From positions 150,908,001 through 150,972,000 of the forward strand of contig OZ024742.1 of assembly GCA_964016885.1 (NCBI GenBank): DNA of 64,000 nt, read 5' to 3'. The notes beneath the pieces were generated by a model. The model did not search any database and had not been told where the DNA came from. It saw only the letters and a program-made list of their open reading frames with translations. The DNA is from Eledone cirrhosa (lineage: Eukaryota). Every line of letters begins with the position of its first letter. Position 1 is the first letter of the stretch. The position numbers and the translations under genes are program-made. Below, piece by piece: positions 9,866-22,534 of this stretch.

Positions 9866-10846
9866 TGTTCCAAAATAGAACATTGCCCAGAAGATCACAT
9901 CTGTCATATCTGTACGGAACCCGAAAACTTGTTCCGTAATCGTTGGGTCGAATGTGGAACCTGTTACATCTCTGTCTGCCTTCAATGCGCCACAGGCTTC
10001 CGGAAGATCCCAGGCCAAAACAAGAAACATCATATTGCTACGATGGATAGACTCTGGCAGATGGTCCAGCTAACAAACTGGTCCTTTCAGTGCCTGGACT
10101 GTATGCCTGCTTCTCCCATTGCTGCGGAACAACAACAACAAAAACCGAAGATCGTGTCTTCTACCATTGTTCCCGAACAACAACAACAAAAACCGAGGAT
10201 CGTGTCTTCCTCTACCATTGTTCCTGAACAGCAAAAACCAACGACCGTAGCTTCTGCTACTACCCCCGTTGAAGGACTTCATCAACAACAGCAACCCATG
10301 TCTTCCTCACCCGTTACTTTTCAACAACAACCGACGACTGGGTCTTCTCCTACCATGCCTGTTGAAGGAGAAGAACAACAACAAAAACCGACCGTCAATA
10401 CGGAGTTTGAGGAAATACGGCAAGTGATTTCCGCTTTAAGCCAAGCAATAGCGGAAATAAAATCAAGCGTTCGTGTAGAACCCCACAATGAGGGATCTTA
10501 CCGGAGTGCCTTGTTAAAAAATCTCCGCGTACCTCATGTTGAACCTAGACGCATTGAGAATGCCACTGAATCTTCAAACCACGAAGTGATTGCCATTGGT
10601 ATACCAGAAGACATAGTTGATCTTCAGGCATTTGCTGCCAGTTCATCCAAAGACCTGGGCTGTGCTCCCGCAAAGGGTGCTCTACGCCTTGGCCGACCAG
10701 GCCCGAAACCCAGGTTAATTAGACTGTCGTTTTCAAACTCAACTGAGGCACGTTCATACCTTGTAGCCTCTGATAAAGCTAGGCGTGAAAGTCGGATTGC
10801 TTTCCGAACACGCCCTGGTCTTCCACCTGATGTCCGCCCAAAGTAG
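9866..10846 (+). pseudogene. LINE ORF1 remnant: Cys-rich PHD-like finger, Q/P/S/T repeat linker, RRM-like region
   Basis: In-frame CHIC...WVECGTC...CLQC...FQCLDC, and VIAIGIPED...LRLGRPGPKPRLIRLSF. There is an upstream in-frame TGA at 9863, and the stop at 10846 is probably premature. Confidence 0.7.
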
Positions 10847-11085
10847 CGTGCTGCAGCTTCCTTAAACCGCAGCTTGGCAGAACATGAAAGCTTCAGCCTA
10901 CGAGATGATGGGCAGATATGGAAGTTTGTTAAGGCTGGCGAAACATGGAAAAGAGACACCAGCTGGTCTGAAAACACTGTACCCACAACAACTGACAATA
11001 AAGAAACTGAAAAAACTCTGGGAAACTAAATCAGAACAACCTGCCATCCCATGCACATAATCATAGACTGGAATCAAGGTACAAA

Positions 11086-13818
11086 TTGTTGTCCTTGAAT
11101 GCACGTAGTCTATGCAATATGATTCATCTTTTTGACTCCTACGTCAAAAGTATCAACCCTGACTTCATTACAGTCACAAAAACTTGGGCACATCCCTTAC
11201 TCTGTGATGGGGTTTTCAGCATGACTGGCTACAACCTGTTTCGTAAAGACCGCATTAATCGTCGTGGTGGTGGTGTAATGGTCTACGTTCGGTCAAATCA
11301 GTCGCCAATTCCTTGTGCTGATTTGAACCAATCACAGCAGGAAGTTTTTTTCTGCGATATACGTATGACCATGTCAACACTGCTACTTGGAGTCGTTTAC
11401 CATCCCCCAAATTACCATCAGGACACTCAACTTTGTGATATCCTCAGAGCTGCTGCCAGGAAGACAGCCACTTATGTTTTCATTGCAGGAGACTTCAATC
11501 ACCCTGAGATTGACTGGGAAACCTTTCGTTGGCCACCAAGTGCAAATCACTTCCTTGAACTAGTGCTGGACTCGAGTTGGTCCCAGGTGGTCACCTCCCC
11601 AACGAGAGGTGACAACACTTTGGACCTACTCTTCACCACTACTCCTGAAACGGTCATTAGTGTTACTGATGAGGAACCTTTAGGTGACTCTGATCATGCT
11701 ATGATCATTGCCAATCTATCCCTCATGGGCAGTAACAAGAACCACACCATCTCCAAACTGCTCACTTTGACTGGAATAAAGCAGACTGGAACTGTTACTG
11801 CACCGAGTTGCAACGGCCAAACTGGCTTGAGTTCTACGACTCTGGAGATGTCAACACTACTCCAGAACATCCTGAGCTCAATATGGACAGCATGTGCAGC
11901 ATCGGTGCCACGTAAGCGGAAAAAACATCCCAAAAGCGCAATTTGGGAGACTGCAGCAGTCCGTCTTGCCAGAAAAGAACGGCGCAATGCTGAACGTGAG
12001 TACAAACTTCACAAATCAGACATTAATAGGAAGTGGCGAAATAGATCGTCCAACCACCTCAAACAGGTGACAAAAAAGGCAGTGCTTCAATTTGAGCAGC
12101 GCATAGCAACCAGCCCTGACAGTAAGGTATTCTGGAAGTATGTTCACTCAAAGCAGAGGCCTCAATCTCCAGTTGGTCCTCTTCGCAATCCCCACACAAG
12201 CCAGGTTACTGACGACCCCAAGGAATGCGCAGAGCTCATTGCTGAATGCTATGCAGGCATTTTCACTATTGAAGACCAGAGTGTACCATCTTAACCACCT
12301 ATGACACCGGACTCTATTACAGCCATGGAATTTACACCTGCAATGCTGCGACGTCACCTAAAAAATAAACACATCCATGCCTCTCCTGGTCTTGATGGTG
12401 TTACGTACCTGCTTCTTAAACGTGGTGGGTACTTCCTTCTGCACCAGTTATCACGCTTCTTCCAATTCTGTCTGAACAACAGTGCTACTCCAGAACAGTG
12501 GAAAACTGCCAGTGTCATTCCTCTGTTCAAAAAGGGTGACCGCACATCACCTGTGAATTATCATCCAGTCAGTCTTACTAGTTGCATCGCCAAACTGATG
12601 GAATCCTGTGTCAGAGAAACACTTTGGAACTTCTAGAGCTCTCACAGTCTTATCCGGCCCTCGCAATTTGGATTTATCCCCAACTCCAGCTGCTGTGATC
12701 AACTTATAGAGTTTCTTGAGGACATCACCCGGATCACTGATGGCGGCTCATGGGTGGATGTTGTTTACCTTGACTTTGCGAAAGCCTTCAATTCTGTGCC
12801 ACACAAAAGGCTTATGGCAAAACTCTCTGCAATGGGTGTGAAGGATGATCTTTTTAACTGGTCGAAGTCCTTCATTCTCAGTCGAAGAGAGGTAGTCACG
12901 GTTCTGGGACAGCATTCCTCACCATATGAGATGTCATCTGGTGTACCACAGGGATCTATTCTTGGCCCCCTTTTGTTTGTGGCATATATTAATGACATAG
13001 ATGCCAACTTAAAGAATGCCACAGTACTAAAATACGCAGACGACATCAAGCTGTACCTCGAGATAAAAAGGACAGATCCTGAACACTATAGATCTTGCTT
13101 GCAGTCTGACCTGGACACAATGCAACAATGGATCTCAGACTGGCAACTCAAGCTAGCTGTGGACAAGTGCACCACCATGCATTTTGGGAGTAAAAACCCA
13201 GCGTCCACATACTCCCTCCACAGCACTAATATCAAGAAGTCTTCTTGTGAACGTGACCTGGGCATTACGGTCAGCAGCGATTTGCGTTGGACGAGGCACG
13301 TCTCTAAAATTGTCAAGAGGGGCGAGGGTGTCTTTGCATCAATCAGCAAGACCTTTGTCAGCCACTCTCCAGATATCTATTTAAGGCTGTACATGGCTAT
13401 GGTGCGACCACACTTAGAATTTGCATCACCAGTCTGGAACCCCTATCTTGCTCAGAACATTGACCGCCTGGAAACTGTTCAGAGACATGCAACCAAGCAA
13501 ATACCCTCCATCAGGCATCTACCATACTCTGAGCGCCTTGCTTCCCTGGGCATGGATACATTGAAGCTCCGACGCCTGGCAACTGACTTGGTAAACACCC
13601 ACAAAATTGTTAACCATGTTGCCAACAACAACCCTGAGTACCTTTTTGATTTCCATGTGTCTAACATACGTGGACATGCCCACAAAGTAAGAAAACATTT
13701 TTTCACGCTCAGAGTTGCTGAAGCATGGAACAAACTATCTGCATCAGTTGTTAGCTGTCGAGACACTGCATCCTTTAAGGCCTCCATGCTTCCCGAGATC
13801 CGCCAACACTACAGCTAA
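11086..13818 (+). pseudogene. LINE ORF2 (APE endonuclease + RT) with stops and frameshift
   Basis: SLNARSL, FRKDR...GGGV, GDFNHP, TLDL, GDSDH; YLDFAKAF, SGVPQGSILGP, KYADD, VRPHLEFASPVWNP. Split across ORFs 11086-12294, 12301-12636 and 12754-13818. Confidence 0.93.
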
Positions 13819-15530
13819 CACATACACACATGTACTTCCCTGACATTTGTGTATTATTCTATGTACTATACATACACCTTTGACGAGTTGTAGTGCACCT
13901 GAGCACTTTACACAATAATTTCATTATTATTATTATTATTAAATAGTACAACCGTTGTCACCTAGTAACACGAGTGAGTAGGATCTCGGTAACTTATATA
14001 TAAGCGTTAAGATGTCTTTTTGGTACATCCCGGAAGACCACAGTAATCCGAATCACCACCATGATATACATAGACAAGGTATATTGGTAGGTGCCTGAAC
14101 TAGGTAGCCAATAGGTGCTCACAAGCATATAGGAAGGTATCACAAAAGCGCAAGCCTTACACAAGTAAAATATGGTTATTATAGGGTAGGGCTGAGTAAA
14201 AGAAGTTAATAGACAGTCACGGCATAAAAACAAGCTATGCACCAGCAGATCGCGGTTATTGTACGATAGAGCTGAAGCAATCTTATATTAGTTGCTGTAA
14301 AATAACCGGCAAAGTTATTACTCATGCATATTAGCAACACATGCTAGACCAATTGGTTACATATGTAACAAATAACACTTCCTTCTCCAAGCCTAGATTC
14401 GAAACCGAATCTAAGAATTCTCGCTGTTCAAAATCACGACGACAGGCGCCAAAGAAAGGTTTTTTCTTTGTCCTGTCAAAAAGTGATTGATCGCCTCCCT
14501 TTGACCTACGTCCTCAGCTAAAGTCAAATTGACCGAAGGACGTAGAAACCCTGTTGCGGTATGTCTATCATTCTAGCCACGAGAGTCAAGGGAAACCCGG
14601 GACAGAAAGCTGGTCTGACACCACACAGAGAGACCTACTGTGTCAGATGAACTACACACACACACAAACATATTCTTTCTAACACACCAGTTCCACAAAT
14701 GTATCCTGGTTCTATTTTCTAACAGGTCGTAGCAGTTGTCAACATTAACATTTTTGTATGTAGTAAAGCATGATGTGTACATAACCACAAATTAAGTTCC
14801 AGTGAAATAAATTATTTTTATAATGAATCCATTCACCTACTTGTTCATTTTTCCGGCATACACATGCCTTATCAATATTTCACCATTATACACACACAAC
14901 CACTACACATATTTCCCAAATATCCACGGGTTAAACAGAAGTAGTAGGATATTAATTAAACGTAACAATCACATTCAAACCCATGAAATTACATGCTGGA
15001 TTAATACAACAAATAACCACTCTATGTAAAAGATCACAGGCCGTATATTAAAAATTGTTCAAGAATCAGTTCCAGATTCAATTCAAACCAAGTCTCCATA
15101 CACCATCTGGTCCCGAACATGTCAATACAATTTCTGGCAACAGCGGCGGCGATCACGGTGGCTAACCAGTCTAAACAAAACAGAAAGGAAAACAACTCAA
15201 GTGCCCAAGTCAATAAATCCGCCAAATACCGTAGCATGTTTGCTAGGTAGGGTCAAACCCAATTATATATTCAGAGATTAAAGAGAATAAAAACAGAAAT
15301 AAAAATAAAAATACAGCCTACGTACCACGTAAATTAATTATGGCTCAAAATAACATGTTACTTTATTTAGCGCTACTAAGCTCAGTGCCCATCAGTTAAT
15401 GACGTTTTAGTTGTCAAAAAATGACGCGGCGTAATTGTGGTAAACAAAAGGGGGATAACTCTAATTTGTCATCTAATAGGTTATTAATTCGGACTATGAC
15501 CAAATAAAAAGAAAAAATATAAGTTCAGTT

Positions 15531-17800
15531 TCACACCCCACCTCACCCTTCCATACCCCGCCACACCAAACCACCTCACACCCCACCACACTACCCAACC
15601 CCACACCCCACCACACCTCAATCCATCTCACTACCCCACACTACATCATACTACACTACACCTCACCACACTAAACTACGGGACACCACCCCCACACTAA
15701 TCAACACCACACGACACCACACCACACCACACTACGCCAAACCACTCCACAATACACCAAACCACAATACACCACGCCACACGACACCGCACAACACCAC
15801 GCTACACCCTACCACTCCGCGATGCATCATACCACTGTAGTGACCTACATTCCGCGGGCTCACATACATTCTCTGTGCGTGATTTGGCTCAGTTCAGCCA
15901 ATCAGCGCCAGTAGAAGAGGATGTATCCCTACGCTCCCTGAGGAAGAAATTCCCCGCGAAGATTTGAAGAATCTCTCTCTTGTACCAGAAACTTCGAGCC
16001 AGCAACACGCATAATGTAACAGTGAGATATTGCACCCCTAGCCTCGCCGGCTTAACGGCGCAATGGCACATTCCCTTTTGTAACCTCTTTTTATCTGTAA
16101 CTTCAACCATATAAATAAACATACATTTCATCTCTAATTACTGCTGTTGAAATCGTTGTTATGTTACTCGTGTCTCAATAACATCTATAATCCATGCTGC
16201 TGGAATTGGCGACCTGACGAAAGGAATATTGTAAATAGATGGTAAATAGATCGAGGGACCTTCCCTCACGTCTATGTCAACAAGATAATCCAACGAGGAT
16301 ACTATCACTTACCACACTGGCAACTAACGACCTTCAATCATCTACCCTGTTAAAGTAACGACCACTGATTCTACCACCCTGCTAAAGTGGCGACTGCTCT
16401 ATAACCAATAACTGCTAAACCACAATACACCACACTTCACTACACTATAGCACAGTACACCCCACCACAACGCGCCATACCACACACTGCTACATCAGAC
16501 TATACTATACCACAGTACACCACACAGCACCACACCAAATTACAGTACACCACACTACAACACATTAAAACACACCCCACCACAACACTCGACACCTCAC
16601 TACATCACATACACTACATAATACTACACCACACCACACCACACCACACCACACCACACCACACCACACTACACCTCATCCCCTCTCACCACCCTACACT
16701 ACATCATACCACATCACACTACAATGCACCACACCACACCGCGCTGCACTACATTACTCCACACTAAACCACACCACACCACACCTCATCACCACACACC
16801 ACACTACACTACGACACACTACAACCACACCACATCACACCACTCCATACTACTCAATATCACCCCACAGCAGACTACACCATTCCACACCCCAATCAAT
16901 AGAGTGTAGCAGCGGTACTGCATAGGGGGAACACACCTCACCAGACTACACCACACCATACTATCCACACCCCACCAGACAACACCATACGACACCACAC
17001 CCCACCACACCAAACTACACCACAACATACTACATCACACCCCACTACACCACACCACCCCACACCCCACAACACTTCAATACATCACACTATACCACAC
17101 TACATCATACTACACTACATCACACTCCACAGCACTAAACTACGGGACACCACCCCACACTACTCAACACCACATTACATTCAGCACACTCTACCACACC
17201 ACATTATATTTAGCCACACCACACTACGCCTAATCACTCCACAACACACCAAACCACAGTACACCGCACTACACCACACTTTCAACTACGCCACACGACA
17301 CCGCACCACACTACATTACACCTAACCACTCTGCGATGCACCATACCACAGTACACCATATCACACTACACTACAGCACAGCACGCCACACCACATCGCC
17401 CCTTACCACGCACTGTCACATCAGACTATACTACACCACAGTACACCACACTGCACCACACCATACCACAGTACACCACACTGCAACACATTAAAACACA
17501 TCACAGCACACCACTCAATACCTCACTACACCGCATTACACTACAATATACTACACCACACCACAGCACACCACACCACTCCACACTACACCTCATCACC
17601 TCACACTACACCACACTATATCACACCACAATACACCACACTACGCTGCACTACATTACTCCACACCATACCACACCGCACCATATCACCTAACACCACA
17701 CTACAACACACCACAACCACACCGCATCACACCACACCAAACTATTCAATAGAACACCACAACATACTACACCATTCTACACCCGCACAATGTTAATAGA
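15531..17800. repeat. Degenerate (ACACC/ACACT)n pentamer satellite with a ~0.85-kb two-copy higher-order duplication
   Basis: Shared landmarks CTAAACTACGGGACACCACC (~15671, ~17135), GCGATGCA (~15819, ~17333), CATCAGACTATACTA (~16493, ~17419) and TAGCAGCGGTACTGCA (~16907, ~17803). Confidence 0.9.
15836..16419 (+). mobile_element. Probable solo LTR (~580 bp) with 4-5 bp TSD
   Basis: Begins TGTAG and ends CTAAA (one change from CTACA), flanked by (A)CCAC duplication. It is absent from the second satellite copy at ~17345, and contains CCAAT and AATAAA motifs. Confidence 0.7.
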
Positions 17801-17845
17801 GTCTAGCAGCGGTACTGCACAGGGAGGAGTGATTCATCAGCAGAA

Positions 17846-20334
17846 CTAAGTAATAGGCTTATAGTGGTGAAATAAATTATGGTTCATATGAATACAAGAA
17901 GAGAATATCTCCGATTTCCCATTTAGTAAGTTATAGTTAGAGTAAATTATGGCGTGAGACTCAAGCAGGCAAAGGTTACAAGTTTTGGTAGGATGGAGAT
18001 TCAGTCACCAACCTCCAATTGAGTGTATAATCTATACCATCACATTTTAAAGAATGAATATATTTAGCTAGGGAGGTAGCATTTTTAAGCTTATTATATC
18101 TAAATGTATAATTGTGGGATTTGAATCTAGTTTTAAAAGCTGTAGAAGTAGAGCCCACATATGTCTTAGTAGAGGTTGTTGTTACAACATCACACTCATA
18201 AACAATATTCTTCATGAGGCAATTGCCTTTTAAAGGCCAATTTTCACTCCTTCTACAATTACAATTACGGTGTGTTGTTATTCATATCTTGGGATGGCCT
18301 GTTGTTAATACCCACTTGACATGGAATGTGTTCATCCGAGGTGTTGTTAGCTAACTGTGGTGCCACACTAGCCAATGTGTTAGGTTGTTGTTGGTTATTC
18401 ACAGATTTAATATCCTCAAATCCTACTCTAATTTTTCGATTATTAGTACGTACCAGGTGGTAAGCCAGATTCAGTGTAGTGGAGTAAGATAATTTAATCG
18501 TATTTTTATTGAAAATACTCTGGTATCTGCTTCCCGGGGGGAAATTCTTTTCTAGGATTAAGAAGAAGGTTTTGGGAATGTTAGTTAAGACCTCAGAGTT
18601 GTATGGTATGTTAAAAAAGGTGTTCATTCTTCTATTTTTTTCTATTATTCCCCACTACAGTCCGGTTACCACCAGAACTACTACTCTCCCCTTCGCCGAC
18701 GAAACCAAACCCACTACATACCTGCCGTGAAACTTTCACATTATATTGGTCAATACGCCCACCTGAAACTCCACCATGAGTACAGTATCTAGATCTCGAC
18801 ACACTTCCATTAGTGTAACCAGTATGAGTATTTGGTGGATGTATATTAGGGCCATTCTGTCTGGGCCGGGCTGAACTAATCACCATATGGGTCCTATCTA
18901 GAGTTCTATTACTATTAGCATTATAATTCAAGGACATATTGTGCGTAATAACATTATTATGTCTAGCTTTGGTGGATTGGGAGCTAGTAGGTACGTAATA
19001 TAGTTTATTCTTATAGCCAGCTTGGCTAGTGCCTCGTTATAATAATCCACATTAGAGTTGAAAATACCTTCTCCGCATGATAAACGGCTGATCCTATTAG
19101 ATACTCCTTTAATAATAGCATTCAGTACTGATTTAGGGTGGTTGGTTCCAGCATGTACATAAGTTAGTTTCTCATTAGGTTTATGATAAGGTGTGAAAGT
19201 CTTATTTTCTAGATCTAGTGTTGCATCCAAAAAATGTACTGTTTTATTATTCTTATCAATAGTTAAAACCTTTAAATAATTTGCGCAGGTCCTTCTTTGT
19301 CCTTTCAATACTAAATGTTTTATGCTCAAGGGTAAGGAGGGCGTCGTCTCGGTATAAACCCCCACAAAGATATGGAAGTGCCTTATGGAGCTCATGGAGT
19401 AGGTAAAGTCCGACTAAATCAGTTACCTGAGCAGAGTCTCCAGATCCCATTGTGATATCAAAGTTGTTGGTTGTGTTTTTCCTAGTCCATAATTGTTCCT
19501 CAAATAAGATTAAGGTTTTACGTGCAGTTAAAACTGTATCAACTTGGGATCTGGTTAGATCACTATTCTGCATGCCATGATGAGGGCCTTATTCAAAAGG
19601 ATGGAAGATATAGATGTGTAGTAAAAATCGATATCAAACTGGACAAACATAAGGAATTTATGGTTACTAATGCTGGAGAACCATTTGATTACTTCCTCCA
19701 CAAATTAAGGTAAATTTTGTTTCTGATTACTGGAATAACTCTGTCTAAAATCATCTTACTTATGATCCCTATGTCCGACTTAGATGGGCTGATTAGTCTA
19801 ATTGAGGGGTTGCTAATGAAATCGTCCTTGTGATCTTTTAGTGTAAACCACGGTTGTTTAGGGGTGAAAGGTTGGGTATATTTCTCAAGTTTTAATTTTC
19901 TGACAATATCCAACCCCTCTTTATTAATTTCATCTAAGTTAGTGTAAGTTGTTTTTTTATAGTTCTTATAAAGTTCTTTATATATGAATCTTCGATACGT
20001 TATATAATCTAAGCTATAAATATTTTTAGTTTTATCTGATGGGACTAAGATAGTGTCATTTTCGCTAAAATTCTTAACTATAGAATTGAGGTTTCTATGG
20101 AATTTACTAGTATTGACATGATTTTTCAAAGTCATCTAATAAACTGTTATGTGGTGGATTCTTATAAGTTCTAAAGCCATACCTACCTTCACGGGTCATC
20201 GGTTGGTTATCATCTCGGTTTCTATCAAAGTGGAAGGCTTTCCACCCAATTCTCTTAACAAAAGAGTTAACACTAGCAATGAGCAACCTCTCATATGTAT
20301 TCTTAGATGGGATGGGTATGATCTTAAGTGACAA
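17846..20334 (-). pseudogene. Penelope-like element ORF (RT + C-terminal GIY-YIG endonuclease), fragmented; Hydra-clade-like
   Basis: SLKIIPIPS...KRIGWKA, PSDKTKN, TLKDHK, RLISPSKSDIG, FDITMGS, GLYRDD, HFLDATLDL, IFNKNTIKLSYS, CNCRRSENWPLKGNC, NIVYE...YVGST...FKTRFKSH, C-terminal NLCLLE...LLNGKSEIFSSCIH; stop at 17846-17848. Clade assignment is from recalled motifs only. Confidence 0.9.
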
Positions 20335-20538
20335 AGGTAGGTAGCCTTTGGTTAGAATACTGTCAAGTTAATATAAGCATACACCAGTAGATGTGTGGGT
20401 TATATTTATTAGCTCTACCAGAGGGAGCAGAATTATTTATTTACGTGAAGCACGGAGCGTATGTGCATAAACACTCGCGCACCGTACTGTATTATGGCAG
20501 TATTGTGTTAGCTCAATGTACAAGAACAGAGCCGTTAT

Positions 20539-20867
20539 ATGCAAAAGAAACCAAAGAACGCTTACATACTCAAACAGTCTTTATTTACTTACAGTGTTTT
20601 ATCCTCACCTTTTGACAGGAATCCTCAGAGCCTAATAAATACAGTGTTGAGTATAAGCTCCACAAAAACCTAGTCACACGAACAATCAGAATAAAGATAG
20701 GGAGATTGGAGATGGCGAACAAAGAGGTGCATGCTGGAGTTGTTAAGCATCTCTGCTAAATGCCAAGGCATAAGCGGATTCAACAAGATGAAGATATAAT
20801 AGATGGCACACAAAAACAAAGAATGTAAAAGCAAAAAATGCAAAAGCATCAAAAAATACATAAAAAA
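20539..20867 (-). repeat. Second copy of the ~325-bp repeat (see 8266-8590)
   Basis: Direct sequence comparison. Confidence 0.85.
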
Positions 20868-20871
20868 TACA

Positions 20872-20912
20872 TGGCGTCCAACCCTCTACCGATTCTGCCA
20901 ATCCACCGCCGC
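20872..20912 (-). mobile_element. SINE 5' head stub
   Basis: Minus strand GGCGGTGGATTGGCAGAATCGGTAGAGGGTTGGAC matches the head of the SINE at 2800. Confidence 0.65.
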
Positions 20913-21056
20913 AAAAATAATGTTCAATATTCAGTGTTGACATGTTTTTGATTCTATAGAAATTATTGTTGTAAATAAAAATGCGTTTCTCTTATAGAAG
21001 TTGTGTGCTTTATTAAGAAAACCTAATATTTCTTAAGTTATTATGTTACTTCAGGA

Positions 21057-21409
21057 AATTTTTCAAATTAACTATTGGTAAATTTGATTCAGAACATTCT
21101 TAAACATTTGCTGGGGTTGCCTGGATGTGTCCACATAAATTTCTCTAAGAAGGAAAAAGAAAATGGTCGAGATGGGGAACAGTATACCGCTTTTGGACAG
21201 AATTAATCGTTGCGTATACTATGTTCAAACTTCAAGGCGTTTGAGGGTCGCCTAAGAGTTGTCCAATTGAGCTGAAATTTTGCACACCCAGCGTTTTTGT
21301 TGATTGAAACATAGTATACACATAAATTTATGTGGACACTTCCAGACAACCCCTAGCAAATGTTAAAAACGTTCTGAATCCAATTTACCAATAGTTAATT
21401 TGAAAAATT
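21057..21409. mobile_element. Fold-back/MITE-like element with ~85-bp imperfect inverted repeats
   Basis: 21057-21142 is the reverse complement of 21324-21409, with scattered mismatches. Confidence 0.7.
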
Positions 21410-22054
<645 letters not shown>

Positions 22055-22275
22055 AATTAAGTTAAAAATGTACATCCACATATGTATACTGAAATACTAG
22101 TATGCATATGAATACACACACGTATACATATGTAGATGTACCGATTTTTTCACTGGTCACTTTACTGTGAGTGTCCAGCTATTCTGTATGTAAACACACA
22201 GACAAACCGGTTTTTAGAGTCATACTGGTTTTTGAGGAAACACCTTTCCTCTATTCTCCAGAAAGCCAGACAAGG

Positions 22276-22320
22276 AATATTGAACTAGTTTCGATGTTGT
22301 TACATCTCATCAGCAATATT
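22276..22320 (-). ncRNA. Minimal type I hammerhead ribozyme (dimer type, palindromic stem III)
   Basis: Minus strand reads AATATTG-CTGATGA-GATGT-aaca-ACATC-GAAA-CTAG-TT-CAATATT: perfect 7-bp stem I, 5-bp stem II, intact core, GUU triplet. Confidence 0.88.
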
Positions 22321-22442
22321 TACCTATCTTCCGGCCCTTCTAGAGAATCGTAAAAACACATATCGTTATATGCTTTTTCTATGAAAATTAGTAGTGGGCA
22401 GACTAATTTGCATAGAGCGTGAGTACGTACCGGTTCAACGGA

Positions 22443-22531
22443 GACGATAAAAACAAATAACGAAACGAAATTAAATTTCGTTTCGTTTGTAACTCACTTG
22501 TAATTTCGTTTCGTTATTTGTTTTTATCGTC
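22443..22531. repeat. Perfect 31-bp inverted repeat at the left boundary of the modular satellite
   Basis: 22443-22473 is the exact reverse complement of 22501-22531, with a 27-bp spacer. Confidence 0.92.
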
Positions 22532-22534
22532 CAA

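Larger units (their letters stand above)
9800..13940 (+). mobile_element. CR1/L2-group LINE, near full length, decayed
   Basis: ORF1 plus disrupted APE-RT ORF2, a 3' stem-loop (GTGC-acctga-GCAC ~13893-13906) and an (ATT)n tail 13924-13940. The 5' boundary is uncertain. Confidence 0.88.

Noticed and set aside
14460-14525. Minus-strand CTGAGGA...GAAA as a hammerhead
   Set aside because: The base of stem II does not pair, and there is no stem III, UH triplet or stem I.
15034-15237. 67-aa hydrophobic ORF
   Set aside because: Short, with no recognisable family or supporting gene structure.
16205-16270. TGGCGACC as a primer-binding site, and CTGACGA as a hammerhead core
   Set aside because: It is not preceded by an LTR-ending CA at the expected distance, and no GAAA follows the putative stem.
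17846-20334. Telomere-maintaining retroelement (Athena, HeT-A/TART, TRAS/SART type)
   Set aside because: The element has a GIY-YIG domain, is decayed, lies >4 kb from the array, and no retroelement was seen inserted within the TTAGGG tract.
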